This document shows positions 57,929 to 64,000 of a stretch of DNA of 64,000 nt, piece by piece (positions within the stretch are counted from its first letter, which is position 1; each line of letters starts with the position of its first letter). A model generated the notes under the pieces. It was not told the origin of the DNA. It searched no databases and was given only the letters and a program-made list of their open reading frames with translations. The stretch spans positions 224,001 through 288,000 of the forward strand of contig CAVYBU010000030.1 of the NCBI GenBank assembly GCA_963766735.1. The letters are read 5' to 3'. The position numbers and the translations under genes are program-made. The DNA comes from an uncultured Chloroflexia bacterium (GTDB taxonomy: Bacteria; Chloroflexota; Limnocylindria; Limnocylindrales; CSP1-4).

Positions 57929-60698
57929 ATGCGTCGAGCCGCATCCCTCGCCCTCGCCCTCCTGGTCGCGCTCCCCGCCGAGTCCGCGTTCGCGTTCGGA
58001 CCCGCGCCGGAGAGCTTTCCGGTTGTGAGTGACGGCGCCGGGGCCGGATCGCCCAAGTCGGATCGCCTGACGGCGACGGACCGCTGGATCGTGGTCCTGC
58101 GCGACGGGACAACGATGGAGGCGGGCACCAAGAAGGCAGACCGCCTGGGCATCGGCCGGGACCGGACCTTCCGCAGCGCCATTCGCGGCTACTCCGCCAA
58201 GCTCACCAAGGACCAGGTTGAGGCCCTCCGCACGGACCCGGACGTGGCCGCGGTCGTGCCGGACGCCGTGGTGTCGATGGTTGGCCAGACGATCCCACGA
58301 GGTATCCGTCGGGTCTTCGGACCGCAGAGCCGTTCCGCCCGGATCGACGGTTCCGACGAGCGGGTGGACGCCGACGTCGCGATCGTGGACACGGGCATCG
58401 ATGCGTCGCACCGCGACCTCAACGTGGCCGGTGGCTACAACTGCTCGACCACGAACCCGGCCGCGTGGGGCGACGAGAACGGCCACGGGACGCACGTAGC
58501 AGGCACCACGGGAGCCATCGACAACGGGACCGGCGTCGTCGGCGTGGCTCCAGGCGTCCGCCTTTGGGGCGTGCGGATCCTCAACTCCGCCGGCAACGGG
58601 CTCGTCTCGTGGTACGTCTGCGGGCTGGACTGGATCACCGCGCAGCGGGATCCCGCGGACCCGACGCGGCCACTGTTCGAGGCCGTGAACATGTCGGTCG
58701 CGAAGACCGGCAAGGACGACCGGAACTGCGGCCTGACGAACGGAGACCTCATCCACCAGGCGATCTGCAGGCTCGTGGCCTCGGGTGTGACGGTCGTGGC
58801 CGCGGCAGGCAACAACTCGTTCAACGCCGCCAAGCTGATCCCCGCCAGCTACAACGAGGTGATCACCGTGTCGGCGCTCGCCGATACCGACGGGATGCCC
58901 GGCGGTCTTGGCGGCTCCTCCTGCTACTCCTGGGGCTCGTACGACAAGGACGACACGTTCGCGGACTTCTCGAACTACGGCGGCGACGTGGACCTGATCG
59001 CGCCCGGGAAGTGCATCTGGTCCACGCTCCCCGGAAACCGGTACGGCTACAGCTCGGGAACGTCCATGGCGGCTCCGCACGTGACCGGTGCGGCTGCCCT
59101 CTACAAGGCGTCGCGGCCGCTCGCGACTCCCGCCGAGGTCAAGGCCGCGCTACGCGCTGCGGGCACCCAGGACTGGAAGACCTCGACCGACCCCGACGGC
59201 GTGCATGAGCCGCTGCTCAACGTGGCGCGGATCGTGGCGCTCGGTGACTGGATGGTCGACGCCACCTCGCCGACGAGGGTTCTCGCCGGGTCCGGGGATA
59301 CCGTGCAGGTGCCTGTCTACGTGATCCGGGCTGAGGACGTGACGGCCGGCGTATCGCTCTCCGTGACCGGGCCCGCCGGTCTCCGCACCAAGCTCGCTGC
59401 GACGGTGGTGGGGCCGGGTGCCACGACGACGGCACTGACGGTGGTGGCGCTGCCGTCACTCGCCCCTGGCGTCCACACACTCACGGTCCGCGGGACGGTG
59501 GGCAACGTCACCCGGACGGTCCCGGTGACGATCAAGGTCGTCGCCGACCCGCCCGCCACGTACCACGCCCTCACCCCGGTCCGGCTGCTCGACAGCCGGA
59601 GCGGCAACGGCCTCACCGGCACGTTCAAGACCAAGGTGGCCCGGACTGTCCAGGTGACCACCAGGGGCGGGGTCCCCGCCAACGCCACAGCCGTGACCGG
59701 CACCCTCACCGTGACCGGGCAGACCGGTGCGGGCTACCTGTACCTGGGTCCGGTCGCCACCAGCGCCCCCACCAGCTCGACCCTCAACTTCCCGACAGGG
59801 GACACCCGGGCCAACGGGGTCACCGTCGCCCTCGGGTCGGGGGGCACGCTCTCGATCACCTATGTCGCGCGGACCAGCGGCAGGACGGCCCACGTCGTGT
59901 TCGACGTCACCGGCTACTTCACGCCCGATGCCACCGGAGCCACCTACCACGCCCTCACCCCGGTCCGGCTGCTCGACAGCCGGAGCGGCAACGGCCTCAC
60001 CGGCGCGTTCAAGACCAAGGTGGCCCGGACCGTCCAGGTGACCAACAGGGGCGGGGTCCCCGCCAACGCCACAGCCGTGACCGGCACCCTCACCGTGACC
60101 GGGCAGACCGGTGCGGGCTACCTGTACCTGGGTCCGGTCGCCACCAGCGCCCCCACCAGCTCGACCCTCAACTTCCCGACAGGGGACACCCGGGCCAACG
60201 GGGTCACCGTCGCCCTCGGGTCGGGAGGCACGCTCTCGATCACCTATGTCGCGCGGACCAGCGGCAGGACCGCCCACGTCGTGTTCGACGTCACCGGCTA
60301 CTTCACGCCCGATGCCACCGGAGCCACCTACCACGCCCTCACCCCGGTCCGGCTGCTCGACAGCCGGAGCGGCAACGGCCTCACCGGCACGTTCAAGACC
60401 AAGGTGGCCCGGACTGTCCAGGTGACCACCAGGGGCGGGGTCCCCGCCAACGCCACAGCCGTGACCGGCACCCTCACCGTGACCGGGCAGACCGGTGCGG
60501 GCTACCTGTACCTGGGTCCGGTCGCCACCAGCGCCCCCACCAGCTCGACCCTCAACTTCCCGACAGGGGACACCCGGGCCAACGGGGTCACCGTCGCCCT
60601 CGGGCTCGGGGGGCACGCTCTCGATCACCTATGTCGCGCGGACCAGCGGCAGGACCGCCCACGTCGTGTTCGACGTCACCGGCTACTTCACGCCGTAG
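57929..60698 (+). CDS. Secreted S8 subtilase with I9-like prodomain and three tandem C-terminal ~128-aa domains; +1 frameshift near 60605
   Basis: Catalytic triad DTGID / HGTHVAG / GTSMA. The true end is ...DVTGYFTP* at 60698. Confidence 0.9.
59555..60695 (+). repeat. Three near-identical 384-bp tandem repeats (start at 59555, 59939, 60323)
   Basis: Read directly; only a handful of substitutions between copies. Confidence 0.92.
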
Positions 60699-60775
60699 GG
60701 CAAGGGCCGGCGTCTTCCCCGCGGCGGATGGTGTTCTCCCGCGCGTGGGCGGCCGCGGCCACGCACGTGGTCATG

Positions 60776-60823
60776 GTGGTGATCCTCGGGACAAGCGGCG
60801 TGGTGATCCTCGGGACGAGCGGC
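60776..60823. repeat. Intergenic 24-bp tandem duplication gtggtgatcctcgggac(a/g)agcggc
   Basis: Two copies with one mismatch. Confidence 0.75.
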
Positions 60824-60993
60824 CGCCTTCGGGTCGACCTGGACGCCTCCTCGTCCTCCAGCAGGGGGCCCTCCCGCACCCCTTGACCCCGGCCAGGGAT
60901 CTTGCGGAGCAGTGGTAGAGTCACGCTCCCCGTGGGGCCGGCGGCGGTCCGGGTGTCGGTGATGATCGGGACGGGGAGGAACGGAGGCGCGGC

Positions 60994-61947
60994 ATGGCAC
61001 GCTCGATGTGGAAGGGCGCGATCCAGTTTGGCCTGGTGACGATCCCCGTCAAGCTCTACACGGCGACCGAGTCGGACTACGCGATCCGCTTCAACATGCT
61101 CCATGCTCCGGACCTGTCGCGCATCCAGATGAAGGTCTGGTGCCCCGCCGACGAGCAGGTCATCTCGCGCGGTGACACCGTGAAGGGCTACGAGTACGCG
61201 CCCGACCAGTACGTGGTGATCACCGACGAGGACCTGGAGAAGGTTCCCCTCAAGACGGTTCGCTCGATCGAGATCGAGCAGTTCGCACCGCGTGACGAGG
61301 CGACCGCAGAGCATGCGAAGTTCACCCGGCAGGCCTACTACATCGAGCCGGACGCGATCGGGCGCAAGGCGTTCTACCTCCTTCGACAGGTCCTGGCCGA
61401 GCGTGGGCTCACTGCGATCTGCAAGGTGGTCATCCGGGACCGGGAGGCGCTGGCCGCCCTCGACCCGTTCGAGAACACGATGCTGCTCACGACCCTCCAC
61501 TGGCCGGACGAGATCCGCTCCACCAGGGAGCTGAACCTCGCGGACGAGGAGTTCGAGTTCAAGCCGGCCGAGATGAGGATGGCCGAGCAGCTGATCGAGG
61601 CGATGACCGAGCCATTCGATCCGGCGAAGTACCGGGACGAGTATCGCGAGGCGCTGCTCAAGGTCATCGAGGCCAAGGTCGCGGGCGTGGAGGTGGCCCA
61701 GCCCGCGCCCACGGCCGACAACACCAACATCGTGGACCTGATGAAGCTGCTCGAGGCCAGCGTGAAGGCCGCGACCGACCAGAAGGCCAAGGACGCTCCC
61801 GTCTCGGTCAACGAGGTGAAGCAGGCGCGCGCCTCCCGCCCGGCGAAGGCGGCCGCGGCGAAGGCGGCCGCGGCGAAGGAGTCCGGGACGAAGGTCGAGG
61901 ACGCCGACGCCGAGACACGCCCGGTGAGGCGCCGCAAGAGCGCCTGA
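60994..61947 (+). CDS. ku: NHEJ DNA end-binding protein Ku
   Basis: MARSMWKGAIQFGLVTIPVKLY, VKGYEY, LHWPDEIR, VDLMKLLEASV, basic tail. Confidence 0.96.
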   Translation: MARSMWKGAIQFGLVTIPVKLYTATESDYAIRFNMLHAPDLSRIQMKVWCPADEQVISRGDTVKGYEYAPDQYVVITDEDLEKVPLKTVRSIEIEQFAPRDEATAEHAKFTRQAYYIEPDAIGRKAFYLLRQVLAERGLTAICKVVIRDREALAALDPFENTMLLTTLHWPDEIRSTRELNLADEEFEFKPAEMRMAEQLIEAMTEPFDPAKYRDEYREALLKVIEAKVAGVEVAQPAPTADNTNIVDLMKLLEASVKAATDQKAKDAPVSVNEVKQARASRPAKAAAAKAAAAKESGTKVEDADAETRPVRRRKSA

Positions 61948-61971
61948 CATCGTCCCGCGCCGAGTCCGTGG

Positions 61972-62418
61972 TCACCAGAGGCGAAGCTGGCCCGTCCTGC
62001 GCATCCACGCGACAGCAATTGCCGCGAGGACCAGCCCGATCACCCCGAAGATCGCCTGCAGGATCGAGGTATCCGGCAGCACGACCAGTTGGACCAGGAT
62101 CCAGATCACGAGCCCGGTCCCAAGCACGCCGGTGAGCCACGGTGCGGCCCAGTGGCGGCGCACGACGAGGCCGGCCAGGACCAGCATCCCGATCCCATTC
62201 ATCAGCAGCAGGTACAGACCCGGGACCAGGTATGAGCCAAAGGGTGTTCCCTCGATCCAGCCGGCCGGCAAGCCGATCGAGCCGCCGGTGGGGTCCGTGA
62301 CAAGCTGGAGCCCGACGGGGATGGCCCCGGCCGCGGTGAACAGCGCCAGGACGACGGCGAGCCAGACATAGGCGGGCCGGTCGAGTCGGGTGCTCACCGG
62401 CTGGAGCTGGGCGTGCAT
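61972..62418 (-). CDS. Four-TM hypothetical membrane protein
   Basis: TPFGSYLVPGLYL, WILVQ; RBS GAGGA. Confidence 0.75.
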   Translation of the reverse strand: MHAQLQPVSTRLDRPAYVWLAVVLALFTAAGAIPVGLQLVTDPTGGSIGLPAGWIEGTPFGSYLVPGLYLLLMNGIGMLVLAGLVVRRHWAAPWLTGVLGTGLVIWILVQLVVLPDTSILQAIFGVIGLVLAAIAVAWMRRTGQLRLW

Positions 62419-62567
62419 GGGTTCCTCTCAGGTCGGGGCTTGGCGGCCCTACGCGGACGGGAGTGTGCGCGACCCGTCGGTCTCCGTGACCGGCCATCGG
62501 TCACCCGGAGTGGATCAGCGGCACGGTCCGAAGCGGTCGGAACCGGTCCGCGATGGGCTGGAACGGG

Positions 62568-63606
62568 TCAGGTGGGCGCCGGGGTCTGCGCCGGCTCGCC
62601 CTCGAAGGCCTCGCCCGCCGGTGCTGCATCGAGGGTGCCCGGTGCCTGGGACAGGATCTTGAGCCGCAGGTACCGGTTGCCGCGCGCCACGAGCCACGGC
62701 CGGAACCGCTGCGGCAGCCCCTCGTGCTCGCCTGCAGTCACCGTCGTCGGCTCATCCAGCTCGTACACCGTGCCGCGAAGCTGGAGCCGGCAGTGGCCAC
62801 TCGCGCGGACATTGCGAGCCCAGTTGACGCCGCCGCCATACGGGAGCGCCACGTAGACGTGGCCGCTCGCGATCCGGGGCAGGACGGGCGTCCGGTACAA
62901 CGTCCCCGACACGCGCCCGACGTGCTCGAGATACGCCCACGGGGAGCGTCGTCCGCCGACCAGCCCAGCGCGCTCGACCGCCGGATTGAACCATGCGGTG
63001 ACGAACCGCCGGAGCCATGCCGGGGCGGCCGGAGGCGGTGGAGCGGCGGTCGCAGCGAAGCCGGGATCCCCTGGATCCCCTCCGGCCGCAACCCCACGCC
63101 CCCTGCCCGCGGGTGTCGCGCGGGGGCGGCGGACAACAACAACCAACAGGAGAATCGCTCCGGCGAGGACGCCCGCGGCGACCAGAACCCAGCGTGGCAC
63201 GTGCCGGCGTGGCACCGGCACCGGCCCAGGGACCCGAACGGGCACCGTCACCGACCTCGGTGCGGGAATGCGGAGCGGGACGGGGATGCGACGCGGAAGG
63301 GCGATACGCAGCGCCACGCGGCCGCGGAATTCCACCGTACCGCCTGGCAAGGGACCTGGCGCCTCGCTGCCTGGCGGAGACGCGACGGCCCCGCAGTCGC
63401 GTGGCGAGCCGGTCCGCGAAGCTCGGCGGTGCTCCCGGGGCGACCATCCGGGCCAATCGGTCGCGGAGCGCAGCTGCGGGCCCTATGCCACGTCGCCGGG
63501 CGACCGGACCCCGTCGCCGGCCAAGGCGGCCACGGTGGGACGGCGGGCCACGGCGGATGACGATCTCCGGACGCACCTCGATCTGGGGCTTGGCAATCTT
63601 GAACAT
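62568..63606 (-). CDS. Membrane-anchored deazaflavin (F420)-dependent oxidoreductase-like (Ddn/nitroreductase) protein; probable frameshift near 63380
   Basis: C-terminus FNP...[14 protein letters not shown]...LPYG...WARNVRA. Upstream ATG 63606 has RBS GGAGG but lies in another frame. Confidence 0.65.
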
Positions 63607-63712
63607 CACGAGCCTCCGCGCAGGGCTTGATGTTCGCACCGCCCGAGCGGCGGTGACCAGTGCCGGAGGGCGCCAGTCGGCGGCCACGCGTCCTCGGACG
63701 CATACTCCGGCC

Positions 63713-64000
63713 ATGCCGCTCGAGGAGTACCGCCGCAAGCGCGATTTCGCGAGGACACCGGAGCCCGCGCCGGGCGTGTCGCCCGCGGGTCTCCCGACAC
63801 CGCCGTCCGGGCCACCGCCGTCCGGGCCACCGCCGCTCGGTCTTCGGCGCCGCTTCGTCGTCCAGCGCCACCGGGCGTCCCGCCTCCACTACGACGTCAG
63901 ACTCGAGATCGACGGCGTCCTCGTGTCCTGGGCCGTTCCCAAGGGCCCCACGCTGGACCCCGACGCGCGCCGGATGGCCGTCCACGTGGAGGATCACCCG
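63713..64000 (+). CDS. ligD: NHEJ LigD 3'-phosphoesterase domain (runs off the window)
   Basis: Translated by hand: [18 protein letters not shown]...[36 protein letters not shown]...AVHVEDHP. Absent from the ORF track because there is no stop. Confidence 0.93.
   Translation, partial: MPLEEYRRKRDFARTPEPAPGVSPAGLPTPPSGPPPSGPPPLGLRRRFVVQRHRASRLHYDVRLEIDGVLVSWAVPKGPTLDPDARRMAVHVEDHP

Noticed and set aside
1150-59080. Many long antisense or alternate-frame ORFs (e.g. 1150-2826, 5900-8185, 38816-41176, 42509-44863, 56381-59080)
   Set aside because: Shadow ORFs expected from high GC3 opposite well-supported genes; no motifs or RBS.
59555-60695. CRISPR or diversity-generating retroelement TR/VR pair
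   Set aside because: In-frame domain repeats with no spacers, no reverse transcriptase and no cas genes in the window.

Overview
High-GC (roughly 70% by eye) bacterial chromosome segment. Its gene content and frequent leaderless starts resemble Actinomycetota or high-GC Chloroflexota such as Limnocylindria; this is inference, not established. Left to right: (1) 1-16.2 kb, two convergent operons forming an uncharacterised catabolic cluster. It encodes a Tm-1-like/UPF0261 protein, a PEP-hydrolase-type TIM barrel, a stand-alone PEP-utiliser His-swivel protein, GntR, an HPr-kinase-like P-loop protein, a three-subunit xanthine-dehydrogenase-family molybdoenzyme, a cyclase, two near-duplicate Zn-alcohol dehydrogenases, a C-terminally truncated PPDK fused to an Rv1126c-like domain, two SDRs and an MBL hydrolase. 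(2) A collapsed ~2 kb island at the 3' end of tRNA-His, bounded by 37-bp direct repeats and carrying a GT2 fragment and a nucleotide-sugar dehydrogenase fragment. (3) A NarL-type two-component system followed by a sipW / TasA-like / SipW-adhesin-fusion fibre locus. (4) DUF2975-XRE, an ECF sigma / zinc anti-sigma module with recognisable promoters, and small envelope genes. (5) A complete Wood-Ljungdahl carbonyl-branch operon (cooC-cooS-acsB-acsC-acsV-acsF-DUF3786-acsD-acsE) with a MaoC-like gene appended. (6) CAP protein, ABC transporter, BioY, GNAT, M1 peptidase, flavodoxin, RmuC-like protein, a subtilase with triplicated C-terminal domains, and Ku plus the start of LigD. At least seven small indels break otherwise intact genes and are probably sequencing errors.
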